A stretch of DNA of 64,000 bases from Hydrurus foetidus. Taxonomy: Eukaryota. Shown piece by piece: positions 1 through 12,162 of the stretch (the stretch's first letter is position 1; every line of letters starts with the position of its first letter). The stretch is taken from NCBI GenBank assembly GCA_900617105.1, contig UYFQ01000437.1, positions 1 through 64,000 of the forward strand, in the 5' to 3' direction. The position numbers and the translations under genes were made by a program. The notes below the pieces were generated by a model, which saw nothing but the letters and a program-made list of their open reading frames with translations, was not told the origin of the DNA and did no database searches.

Positions 1-2872
1 GTAGCAGAGTTACTGGGGTTCAATGAGAAAAGTTTACTAGGAAAACATGTATTCGATAAAAGTCAGGCACTCCTTTCAGCACTGCAAAATAATGCTGATG
101 ATATCAAAGCCTTTGAAAGTGCAGTTTTGCCTGTAAAAAGGTGGTTATCAACCTGATTGCGTCATGATAATCAATTCATACTTTTTCTTTTCGTTTCCCT
201 TTCCCTTTCCCTTTCTTTTTCATTTTCTTTTTCCCTATCTTTTTCTTTTCCTTTTTCTTTTCTTTTCTTTTCTTTTCTTTTTCTTTTCTTTTCTTTTCTT
301 CCTCTTTCTCATTTCATTTTTATTTTCAATTTACATTTACATTTCTTTTTCTTTCCTATCTTTTCTTTTCATTTCATTTCCTTTCTTTTCTTTCTCTGCT
401 TATATAATATTGGCACCATTTCTTTATCAGGCAAAAGCGATGTGATACTACATGTGATGCAGACCGCGAACTGGCCATACATTGGTGGAATTCGAATACA
501 GAGGTTTCTCCGAACAAGAAAGATGTTATCAAATTTCGATCAAAAGACAAGTCTCCTGTCTTAGAGCACTGCATTCATCGTCAATACCTGACTGATGAAC
601 AGATTCATGAGACATTCTTGAAAAGTTCTGGGTGCGAAAAAATGTCACTAACTTATTTTACCGACTTGAAACCGTGGTATGTCAGAAAGGGGACAGATGA
701 TACCTGCCTTTGCAGAAATTGTGAAGATTTTAGATTGGCGAAGAAGGCAGTTACATATCAGATTGATATTCTTGATAGACCTTACAGATTATTAAACGTT
801 CTGCGGCGTTTTCTTATTCCGCTTCTGAGTACTCTTCGAATCGTAAAAAAGAAAGAAATGAGTGGGCAAGTTTTACTGCCCGGTACTCCTCGAATTGTGT
901 TCTGCCTTTTACGTGCACTTATCTCCCCCTTACTGTCTATCGGAGAATTATGCAGAAATGTTAGTGGAAGTAATATTGTTAGGAGGCTTCTATGCAGTCA
1001 TGCACTCCCTGATAAAGACCATCGCGGTTACCCTAACTGTTATGGGGAGTGTGCGAAGAGTGAATTGTGTAAAGATTGTCATAATGGGAATGGAGGATTG
1101 AGAAGGCTATTTCGCAACCAAGAAATGGAGAAAATGGACGGTCCAGATGGATGGAAAGAATCTGATCTGGTCAGTTACACTTCCTACTCCGATAAGAAGG
1201 GGGCTGATACGTCTTCTATGTCTCTCCTATATCAGCATAACGTACACCCATCTCACTTTGTGGATTATTTTAACAGAATCTCTGTGGAATATGCAAAACA
1301 CCTATCAAAACTGATTAGACAGAAGAATGCTCAAAGAGAGCAAGAAAGAAATATGCTACCCCATATTCTGATCGTGGATATTGACTTCTCTCAGAATTTT
1401 GTTTACACTGACAGGAAGAGTGCAATACAATCTGATCACTGGACGTCAATCTCAGTGACGATATTTGTGGCCGTTGTGAGATACATCTGCGGCAAAACTT
1501 GGTCAGATCCCCCTATAGGGCTGTTGAGGGGCCAGCCGGTTTCTATACGTGTGGAAACAGATGATGGTGGTGGTGATGTGTATATATACGGTGAAGTAAA
1601 TGAGAACCAAATAGCAAACAGTCCTACAATAAGTATCAAATTTCCTAATTCACATAAGATAGTTGACACTCCGTGTGAGTCAATAAGGGTGCGAAATATT
1701 GTATCGGTTCCTCTCATAGTTGTGTCCAATTCTAAGAAACATGATACACATTTTGTGAGGCACTTCCTGTTGAACATTCTATCAGGGCCTACTGGTTGGC
1801 TGAATACGCAAGTGAGAGAAGAAGGCTTATCGAGTAGAATTAAAAGAATCGACATTGATAGTGATGGTGCTGCGTCATATTTCAAGCAGCGAGGATCTAT
1901 TCATTTTATTACGTCTCTTTCGGTACTATATGGACTAACGATAACTTGGACCTTTGGGTGCGCAGGTCATGGGAAAGGGACGTGGGATGGTCTAGGGGGC
2001 ATAGTGAAGAATAAGACAGGACATTATATAAAAGCTTTTGACAGCTTCATATCAAATGCTTACGAAGTCTACAAAATAATAGAGTACCTGTTCGCTGGTG
2101 AGGAGGCTCAGGCAAGGTATGACAAAATGGCTAATTTGAAGATCAAAGCCTGAAAGATACTATGGCTATCAGATGATGATATTTATCGCCCACCAGTTGT
2201 TAACAAGATCAAAGGAACAAAAAAAAAGCGGAGGTAGAGGGGGATCCGATCGCGAATGTGGTTGAAAATGACGATACAGAAGATGGTGAGAAAATAGGTA
2301 CTCTTCAGGCATTCCATGGTGTTGGTACGAGAGGTCTCTTTTACTTTTTTGCAGAACACAGAGACGGACTTGGGGTACGACTTAGTGGTTGTCACTGTCC
2401 ATTTTGTGTGAGATGTTACAGAAAAAACGGGATTGGGTCAATGCCTACAGGGTGCCTGAGTAATGAGCCATATCAGTAAATTATTTGCAACCGACTCGAC
2501 GATGAGTGGACAAAACAGACATCATACCTTACAACTAGATTATCAGAGGGCTTAAGGGGTCAGGTGAAACAAGGTGATATAATAGCAGTGGCGAGTAAAT
2601 GTCACCTAAAGGGATCAAATAATTGCATTTATGATTCCTTCGATATAGTGAAAGTTTTATTGATTCAAGATTCAACATTTACTGTCAACGTCTTCACTCG
2701 TCAACCGAATACACCAACTTATCATAACAGTGCTCCCGATAAAAGCATTGCTGTTTCTCATGCAATCATACGTTACTTAGTATCTGATGCATGCTTAACG
2801 GTAGATTTTCGTGTTACATTGGATAGCATCACTCTAGAAAATATTGTAAAATCATGTTTCAATGGTGTTTGA
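1..2872 (+). pseudogene. Decayed DDD-type transposase (Sola-like), 5'-truncated by window edge
   Basis: Exon 1-140, GT-AG intron 141-430, exon from 431 in frame with ORF 618-2153. Motifs CLCxxC, DIDFSQN, DSDGAASYFK and GHGKGTWDGLGG. In-frame stops at 2151 (TGA) and 2477 (TAA), plus a frameshift near the A-run at ~2218-2227. Confidence 0.7.
181..395 (+). repeat. (TTTTC/TTTCC)n pyrimidine low-complexity tract inside the transposase intron
   Basis: Directly visible; explains the spurious F/S/L-rich ORFs 157-564 and 164-445. Confidence 0.9.
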
Positions 2873-3309
2873 AGAATGGTAGAAAATTGACCTTTGATTT
2901 TTGTTTAGAAGTGTTTTCGGCGACTTTTGACCCCTAAAACCCTGGGGTAAATATCCCCATATTTTGTAACGATTATATCTTTCAAAAAAAAAAATTTTTT
3001 AATCGCTTCATTTGGCTAATAAATAACGTTTAGATGTACCTTGACACAAAACCTGGAGTCGGGAGACTAAAAATTGAGAGAGTTACAACGTTTCTAACTT
3101 CCCCCATATAACGGACGGGTACGGTGACCGTGGGGTTCGCCCGTAGCACTCCGGTCTCTGGTAGCTGATAGCTTCGGCTTCCTGAAGCCTGAAATCTTGG
3201 GTAGTAATGACGCCATAATTTAATCTCAGCATGAAACTGGAGGGTTCAAATGGTTATGACCTCTGCTTCTCTGTAGGATTTCCTGAGCTGCAACTGTTCG
3301 CACTCGAGA

Positions 3310-4416
3310 ATGTCGAGCAGTTCAGCCCAAACAGAGAATTCAAAGTATCGGGGAGTATACTTTGGTTGCACTCTCTTATGTAGGGACAAGCGTTCGAGGA
3401 GTAAAGGGGATAACAAACACATATGGCATCAATCTAAAGTGACAGCAATTGATGCAGAATCCATGATTCAACTTCATTACTCGGGGTCTCCGCTGAAGTA
3501 TGATCGCTGGATGAGTCTGCAATCTGATTGGAAGGATCTGGCCCCGCCTAAGTTTCTCACCAAAAAGCAAATTGACAACGGCAATCCTTTGGATAATGCT
3601 CAAGCAACTATTGTTTACGACTACCTACTTTCTGGTGAGCTCACTATGATGAACTCAGACCTACATGACAACGGAAAGCCTGATATTATGACAAAACAAT
3701 CGTCAACCTCGAGTATAACTTCCGATACTCCGACTGGTAATTTCGAATTGTTTGTTGGGCAGAAAATCGAAGTCATGGACTTCTTTCAAACGAAGCCAAA
3801 CGAGGGAATGAAAGAGAAGTGGAGATATGCACAGGTGGTCGATATTTCCAGTGAATTCATTCGTATTCATTTCTCTGGGTGGGACCCCAAGTGGGATGAG
3901 GATATAAGCGTATTGAAGATCCATAGATGAATAAGGGAGCGAAAAAGAAAAGTGAAACGAAGAGATTCAGTATCGCTTGGGCATCCTCTGACGACTTGTC
4001 CTCATTGCGGTGAGTCTCTGCTCACACTTCCTTTAGAAGATTCTCTAGAGACTCCAGTTGGGAGCCGTAGGTCGAGTATAGTAGCACGAACGGACTCTGT
4101 ACCTCCCGAGCATTCTCATGACGATGCGCTCCGGGCGCGAGATGTACAGCAAGAGTAACCGGAACCACTTCCCCAGCTTCTCGAGTCCCTCTCGGTTGAC
4201 GACAGAATCCAGATCGCCCTCAAAGTTGCTGACAGGCGGCTGTCGAGCATCCAGTGCACACGAAGCCTCATGGGAGTATCATCGCGTACAGATGCAAGAG
4301 ATCGTCAAGCTCTAGCGGGTCCACTACTGCGAGTGACGTCACGCAGGGCCTCCCATCCGCCCCAGAACACTCCTGTGTTACGTACGACATGTATAAGTGA
4401 GAATGTTCTTCCTTAG
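3310..4416 (+). pseudogene. Tandem Tudor-knot/chromo-barrel (Agenet-like) domain protein with two in-frame stops
   Basis: Two barrel motifs: WHQSKV...IQLHYSG...YDRW and VGQKIEVMD...WRYAQVVD...IRIHFSGWDPKWDEDI. One frame runs 3310-4416, interrupted only by TGA at 3928 and TAA at 4156. Confidence 0.55.
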
Positions 4417-5182
4417 CAAAGCTGTGGGGCGGCCTTTCTTCATAATCAGCAAAGATAAGAATAGCTTTCCAGAGCTATTATTCCGCTCCGAACATGATAT
4501 GTGCTGTGTCTGACATTTGATTAGATGCGGTCAGGGAGGCTAAGCTCAACGATTATCATCCTCACCATTACCGAGGAGTCATCGAATGACATTGATGTTT
4601 TCTATTCTTGTACTATTGATACTCGGAATTAGTTGCGAAATGGCAGTACTTGCATTTGCGCAAACTGTGGGTTAACGCGACATGACATATGAGATATGAA
4701 ACACGCATGATTGGCATTACTAGTTGTAGGAAGCCTATTCCAATGTGTTCCTCCGATTTGATTTATATTTACCTACAATTTCACATATTATGCCATTGCA
4801 TTGTGATGCGCTATATCTCAGTAACACCCGAAGTTACTCTCGGCAATAAAGGGAATGAACTATTTGTTTTTAGAATTAGGACAGTCGTATATATCATTCT
4901 TAACTATCATGCCTGCGACAGACAATGTCTTCAACTGTTCTTCTACACACATTCTTTGCAAAAAGAGTTACCAAGCACCGAACATGCATGATAAGACATC
5001 AGCCTCCTTAGTCAATCTGGGATCAAGTGCATCTAGACTACAACTATTGGGACACGGAGATATTTCGTTTTATTCGGTTCTCATGGTACTCTCTGAGGCC
5101 ACTCGTGATTCCTCAAAAGCGCTCTCAGATCTCATCCGCGACTAGGCAATAATTGATACTCATTTAAAAAAACATCATACCG

Positions 5183-8100
5183 CACTGGGTGACCTCGTAA
5201 ATTCAAAAAATTTATGTAACCCAGATTTGAGTGACCCAGAAAAAAAAATCTGCGATTCCAAAAAAAATCTAGACGGTCAGTGATGTGGAGATGTCTCTTT
5301 TGGTGTCTCTTTTACACACACAGCTAATATCCGACATTAGCACTGTACTATGTACTATACAGCGTACAGCATACTTAGTTGGATGCATACTTCCTCCAAC
5401 ATTCATCATACGGAGAACCTCGTAACAACGTGGCATCCGTCTGCGAGTAGTCGTGGCTGACAACTTCAATGCCAAAAGTGGGAGTTGTCAGACGAGGAGT
5501 AGTTTAGCAGCGCCAAACTCCACGGATCTCAAAATCCCGAGATTTGATGCTATGATTACTGTGTAGAATATCTGGCGATAGTTGTTGCCTTGGCTTAGAT
5601 GCCTTTTTCCGGAGGATTCTGAGCGCACCAACTGGATTTTCGACGTCGTCCATGGAAGGCGCCATCGTTGATTGGCCATCTGATTCAACGGGAGATTCCA
5701 TCTCGGCGAATCCTCCCTCGCCTCCAGCTCAATTCAGTGGCCGACAATTCTTGACCAAGAATCGCTGATACTGCCAAGCTACGTCATTGGATCATCGACG
5801 TCGTCCATGGAAGGCACCATCTTTCGTTCACTACCTTTCATCGGCTATCGTTCTTCTGCCGTCGCTCATTGGCCATCTGTTACAACGGGAGATTCCATCT
5901 CGGCGAATCCTCCCTCGCTTCCAGATAATGCAACCAACGGACTATTCAATACTACATCTTGATTTCCCTCTTTAATTCACTTTCTATCTTGGCTCCCGTC
6001 GTGGAAAGGGGGAACCCCTTGCATTTTTTTTCCACGAATATGCCATCAATCCATCTGTGTGCCATCGACTGACAACTATGAGGAGGGAAGCACCATCAGT
6101 CCTTCGACCAACGCTGATGCCATCATTACTTGCATCATTTATTTCTGTGTCATTCTGCGTAACGTATGGTCTTTGTCTGCTTGTCTGATGCCATGGCTTT
6201 TCTAACGACGCTCATCAAGAACAGAAATGTTTACGGTGTCGCAACTACTTCGAGATTGAAACCTTACTTTCGCTCGCGATGCATTCTGCTCTCAAACACC
6301 CGCATCTTTAAATCAATTAATTTTTAATGAGACATATTTAGCAAACAATTAAGACTGATTTAAATTTGTCCCGTAAAACTCCGGCGGAAGCAAGTGCAGT
6401 TCCCATTAACAGTGTGTCTGTTATTGACTGTTTCGGCAAGTGACTGACCGAAATAGACACTTCTAATATTTTTTATTAATTAACCCACTTATTTATACTA
6501 CAAACGTTGATTCTTGATTGATTGTTCGCATATTATGCCTATATTCACGAGGGTCACACTATCTTCATTATGGGAATACAGAATTTCATAGAATTATTCG
6601 TGTTCTGTTTTTCGACCTTTTGTATCGCCTAATACGCATACCGTAGCTATACCAGCACTTTAGCACTTTTTAATAGCAGGCTATTATCATCATGTGCAAT
6701 TAAAATTTCACCTCAGCACAGTAACAAAATGGATGTGGTGATAAACTTAAGCATTCAACTGCTATTAGACGAGGATGACGGGCAGTACGACAAGGTGCTG
6801 TTCGCAATTGGTCAAGTTATATGCAGAAACTCATAGAACATTTTAATTTACTCCATTGCGCTGTTTACGTTTTAATAATTTAATAACATTAAACTGTGAA
6901 GGCTTTGACTACTAGATAATATAATTCAATTATCATCCGTGAACACCAGCAGGAAGGGCATTTAATCCTGCCACCCCTGCCGGGGGTCCCAGGGGACATC
7001 TCTACATGGTCACTAGCGGCCCCCCCGGTCAGTGACCATGTGGAGATGTCTCTTTTGGTGTCTCTTTTACACACACAGCTAATATCCGACATTAGCACTG
7101 TACTATGTACTATACAGCGTACAGCATACTTAGTTGGATGCATACTTCCTCCAACATTCATCATACGGAGAACCTCGTAACAACGTGGCATCCGTCTGCG
7201 AGTAGTCGTGGCTGACAACTTCAATGCCAAAAGTGGGAGTTGTCAGACGAGGAGTAGTTTAGCAGCGCCAAACTCCACGGATCTCAAAATCCCGAGATTT
7301 GATGCTATGATTACTGTGTAGAATATCTGGCGATAGTTGTTGCCTTGGCTTAGATGCCTTTTTCCGGAGGATTCTGAGCGCACCAACTGGATTTTCGACG
7401 TCGTCCATGGAAGGCGCCATCGTTGATTGGCCATCTGATTCAACGGGAGATTCCATCTCGGCGAATCCTCCCTCGCCTCCAGCTCAATTCAGTGGCCGAC
7501 AATTCTTGACCAAGAATCGCTGATACTGCCAAGCTACGTCATTGGATCATCGACGTCGTCCATGGAAGGCACCATCTTTCGTTCACTACCTTTCATCGGC
7601 TATCGTTCTTCTGCCGTCGCTCATTGGCCATCTGTTACAACGGGAGATTCCATCTCGGCGAATCCTCCCTCGCTTCCAGATAATGCAACCAACGGACTAT
7701 TCAATACTACATCTTGATTTCCCTCTTTAATTCACTTTCTATCTTGGCTCCCGTCGTGGAAAGGGGGAACCCCTTGCATTTTTTTTCCACGAATATGCCA
7801 TCAATCCATCTGTGTGCCATCGACTGACAACTATGAAGAGGGAAGCACCATCAGTCCTTCGACCAACGCTGATGCCATCATTACTTGCATCATTTATTTC
7901 TGTGTCATTCTGCGTAACGTATGGTCTTTGTCTGCTTGTCTGATGCCATGGCTTTTCTAACGACGCTCATCAAGAACAGAAATGTTTACGGTGTCGCAAC
8001 TACTTCGAGATTGAAACCTTACTTTCGCTCGCGATGCATTCTGCTCTCAAACACCCGCATCTTTAAATCAATTAATTTTTAATGAGACATATTTAGCAAA

Positions 8101-8912
8101 CAATTAAGACTGATTTAAATTTGTCCCGTAAAACTCCGGCGGAAGCAAGTGCAGTTCCCATTAACAGTGTGTCTGTTATTGACTGTTTCGGCAAGTGACT
8201 GACCGAAATAGACACTTCTAATATTTTTTATTAATTAACCCACTTATTTATACTACAAACGTTGATTCTTGATTGATTGTTCGCATATTATGCCTATATT
8301 CACGAGGGTCACACTATCTTCATTATGGGAATACAGAATTTCATAGAATTATTCGTGTTCTGTTTTTCGACCTTTTGTATCGCCTAATACACATACCGTA
8401 GCTATACCAGCACTGTAGCACTTTTTAATAGCAGGCTATTATCATCATGTGCAATTAAAATTTCACCTCAGCACAGTAACAAAATGGATGTGGTGATAAA
8501 CTTAAGCATTCAACTGCTATTAGACGAGGATGACGGGCAGTACGACAAGGTGCTGTTCGCAATTGGTCAAGTTATATGCAGAAACTCATAGAACATTTTA
8601 ATTTACTCCATTGCGCTGTTTACGTTTTAATAATTTAATAACATTAAACTGTGAAGGCTTTGACTACTAGATAATATAATTCAATTATCATCCGTGAACA
8701 CCAGCAGGAAGGGCATTTAATCCCGCCACCCCCCCCTACCGGGGGGTCCCCCCCCCCCAGGAGACATCTCTACATGGTCACTAGCGGCCCCCCCCTGTCT
8801 AGATTCTCCTCGAATCCTAGATTTGGGTGACATAAACTTTTTGGAAAGTCAAAATTTATGTCACCCAAATCTGGGTTCTGGGGGAGTTTTGAATTTACGA
8901 GGTCACCCACTG
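5183..8912. mobile_element. Non-autonomous TIR element with duplicated interior
   Basis: CACTGGGTGACCTCGTAAATTCAAAA (5183-5208) pairs with TTTTGAATTTACGAGGTCACCCACTG (8887-8912), 1 mismatch. Further inverted blocks ACCCAGATTTG and TCTAGAC lie inside. No TSD found and no transposase. Confidence 0.65.
5274..8795. repeat. Head-to-tail tandem duplication of a ~1755-bp unit (5274-7025 and 7026-8795)
   Basis: Near-identical sequence at offset 1755; the ORF track repeats (5488/7243, 5504/7259, 5787/7542). Confidence 0.95.
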
Positions 8913-9081
8913 TCTGGTGAAACAAAAAACAAAATCTCATCCGATGCGATTTCCACCTTTTTGATTTCATTGATCATTGAATATGCTGAGACTCCGGACA
9001 TAATTTGAATTTCAAAAAATTTATCGTGAATATCACCTCATCATCTCGGCAAGGTGTTCGCGTTGGCACTCTTTAAATCTC

Positions 9082-11801
9082 ATGGCAGAGACCTCATGTC
9101 AGTCGCTACGGATGCTCTCCGATCAGAGAGCTCTATCTGCACAAGCTGTTGTGTCTCGTTTTGTGAAGAAGACGTTGAACAGTAAAAATACTAGGAGACT
9201 TCAAACTCTTTCCATACAACACTGTATTACTCGTCGACTGAGGGCGGCATTTTCAAGTTTCAAAAAGCTCCTCAGCCGTACCGTAAGACTGACAGCAAGA
9301 GACTGGCACCGTCATCGATTTCTTTCATCCGTCTTCGGGCGATGGCTAACTTACGTGAACGATGAGAAACATATTGAAAGCACGTTACTCGGTCAGGGAT
9401 ATTCGTTTTTTAGAATGGTGCGCTTCAAGCAACTAAGAACGGCGTATCATCGATCGCAAGTCCGTCGTCAAAATTTCCATCGTAGAATTCGTTTAGGGAT
9501 ATCATATTTCTCGTATCTGAGTCTTTTGAGAAGCTTTGAGACCTTGACTGTCAGAAAACAGGCGAAATGTTCAGCACGCAGCTCCTACTATTCCGCCGAG
9601 AGATTACACTATTCAAAATGCGCCTCAAGAGTTATATGTGAGACACCTCTGCAAAATGTCCACTCATCAATTGATTCGTTGCTGACGATCTATTCTGTAT
9701 TCGTGCAGTCTCATTTATTGAGACAAGTAAAAATGCTTCCAGACTCCGTGCGACAGATCAATATTCAGCAGCTCATGCCAAGAGATATAAATTGAAGAAG
9801 TATCTAGCTCTCCTAATGAATCATGCAGCGATGCGTGTTTGTCAACGTCAAATAGATCAAGTAATCAGCGATAAGTTTGAGGTAAGAGGATATAATCAGA
9901 GACGTACAAGTTATTTGAGAGGATGTAAAAGTTTTCGAAGGAGAAATCATCACATCATCGACAGCGATGCGTACATATATCTGTGATAACATAATTTTCT
10001 GCTCTAAATGGTAGGTATCACTAGTCACCATTGAAAAGAGAGTCCAACTTATTTGGCGAACAGTCATGGCTCGAAGGGCGATCGCAGCATTTAAGAAATT
10101 TAGACGGAAAAGGGAACTTTTCATCGGAAGAAAATGCACAGTCCAACAGCTCATAAGAGATGTTGGTGTCAACATTGCGCATCGATCTAAAGAACATTCT
10201 GACAGACCTTGTTGGAAAGAGTTATATTTTGAGAGAGATGTCACAGTTGCTATTTTGCGGTATTCCGTGCGGCAGTGGACTGCAGCATCGCGGAGAATGT
10301 AAGTAATATTCTTCTTATTGCTCCTCCTATTGACGACCTTATTTGATCGTCACTTGTTTTGTCGACATTTTGAAACGTCTCATCATCACATGTGAATGTA
10401 CAGGTCACGACACAGACCTGGAACAGCTTTGGCTACACTGCACTGGACCTCCAAGACACACTACCTCAGACTATCCAAAGTCATAACGGCCATTCAAAAG
10501 AAGAGAAGAAGGTAGTGCTCCATCTGACATGCTGCTCATCAGTATGTCCGTCACACTAGCTGGTGCTGAAGTGCGTATGTTGTCATTGCAGATCGTTCAT
10601 TGAGGACCGCCGTATGTCACTTGCAGCTGTGACTCATCGTCACAGACAGCTGAGAGGAGGATTGAGAAATCTCGCAGCATTCGTTGTGTCCTCTCGAGGT
10701 GTAGCAGCCATGCGCATGACTGGTGACTTCAGGAGTGAGATGCGGAGGATCATCCAGGGCTACAGTTGTCTGAAGAAACATGTCACTGCTCAATCAGATT
10801 TGCGACATGGGCTGATCAAGTCAATAACGATGTGGAAGGTGAGGCGTCTCTACTTAGCTGTGCGCACGCTGTGTCAGTGGGCGACACACAGGAGGCAGAG
10901 GAGGTGCATGCTGCTTGAAGCGAGGAGCTGCTACGAACAAGAAGTCAAGAGGGGTGCGTGTAGACTGTTCCTCACAGCAGCTGCACATCACATGCGGAGC
11001 GACCGCGAGTATAGAATGCGTATGATAGCTGTTAAAGCTGCGAGGAAATGGAGAAGTGTAGTGTGTCGCAACAAGGTGATGCGATCAAGGGGCGTAAATC
11101 CTTCGACCCCTCCCCTGCCCCTGTCCCCGTTCTTGTCTGACGGCACAGAGAGCACTTCCTATCTTCCAACACCTCTTACACCTCATTCACATGGAGACAG
11201 TCACAGCATCCCCTTAGGAAATGTTTCGAACCTTCTGAGAGCGAAGCCCCGTTATCTAGATTCCGCAGAACATTATTTCACTCCTCCTAGGGATTCACGG
11301 AAAGTTAAAATTGAAGTCGAAGTTGAAATTGTTCCCACCCCTGCCGTAAGATCGGATCGCACGAAGAGCACTCACGACTTAGAGTCGATGAATCGTGACA
11401 GCAGAAAGACTTCTACAAGCGCTCCAGCAACAGCATCATCATCATCATCATCATCAGCAGCGGCAGCAGCGGCAGCATCAAATCACTTCCAAGCTGCGCC
11501 CTTGAAACCGCTGCTGGCTTTCGCACCTGGAATCACAGATCCACGATTCTTCTCGAATGAATCCCATCAGGGACTAGCCTATGCAGCACCAAGAAGATTA
11601 TCAATGCAAAGCATGGAAATGCCTTCTCCTACATTAAAGAAATCGTCTCAAGAAAATGGTACAGATTCTAAGAACAATGTGAGAAATATTCAGGGACTGG
11701 GGAATGATCTTGAAATGAAGATGAAGACACGTAGGAAGAATAAAGAATTGCTAGCACAAGAGATCCTCAATTTCATATCAGAAGTACGTGGCGCCCGCTG
11801 A
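9082..11801 (+). CDS. Sfi1-repeat-like (centrin-binding) basic helical protein, multi-exon
   Basis: Repeats match the Sfi1 consensus Ax7LLx3Fx2W (e.g. ARDWHRHRFLSSVFGRW). Introns ~9638-9708, 9882-10014, 10299-10403 and 10512-10591 join ORFs 9082, 9792, 10066 and 10563. Low-complexity C-terminus. Confidence 0.55.
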
Positions 11802-12162
11802 GTCAATCATGCGTTATACTCGACAATTTGGAAGCATTGAGAAGAGGCAATTCACGATTCTTGATATGATTCTGCTCTACTTGAATCTTATTTGATTGAT
11901 CTCAAGGTTATTTGAGTTTTGTAACTCAATATATTCGAGTACATTTCTGTTGATGTACTTCGCACTGTTCTTTTAATTATGAGTCAGTAATGATAATATA
12001 CTAAATTCAGTCAAACAAAGAATTGTAATCCTCTAATTAAAATTACGGACAGAACAGAGTTATTCATAGTATAACAATAAAGGCATCATAATCACTACTG
12101 TACATACAGAATGCAAATCAGACTTCACTTAATTTCACAGCATTCTATCACAAAATCATTCA

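Larger units (their letters stand above)
1..3151 (+). mobile_element. Sola-like (probably Sola2-type) DNA transposon, 3' part; left end outside window
   Basis: Contains the transposase below. The A/T-tract subterminal region 2880-3150 ends in ...GTAGCACTC, whose reverse complement starts GAG, as for Sola2/3 termini. The right end is inferred; no partner TIR is visible. Confidence 0.5.

Noticed and set aside
157..564. F/S/L-rich ORFs as membrane proteins
   Set aside because: They are translations of the intronic pyrimidine tract.
2151..4158. Stop-codon reassignment suggested by in-frame TGA/TAA stops
   Set aside because: All three stop types terminate intact genes in this window, and internal stops occur only in TE or pseudogene sequence.
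6973..7016. Canonical Helitron 3' end (hairpin + CTAG)
   Set aside because: The hairpin-to-CTAG spacing is too long, there is no A|T insertion site, and outer TIRs are present.
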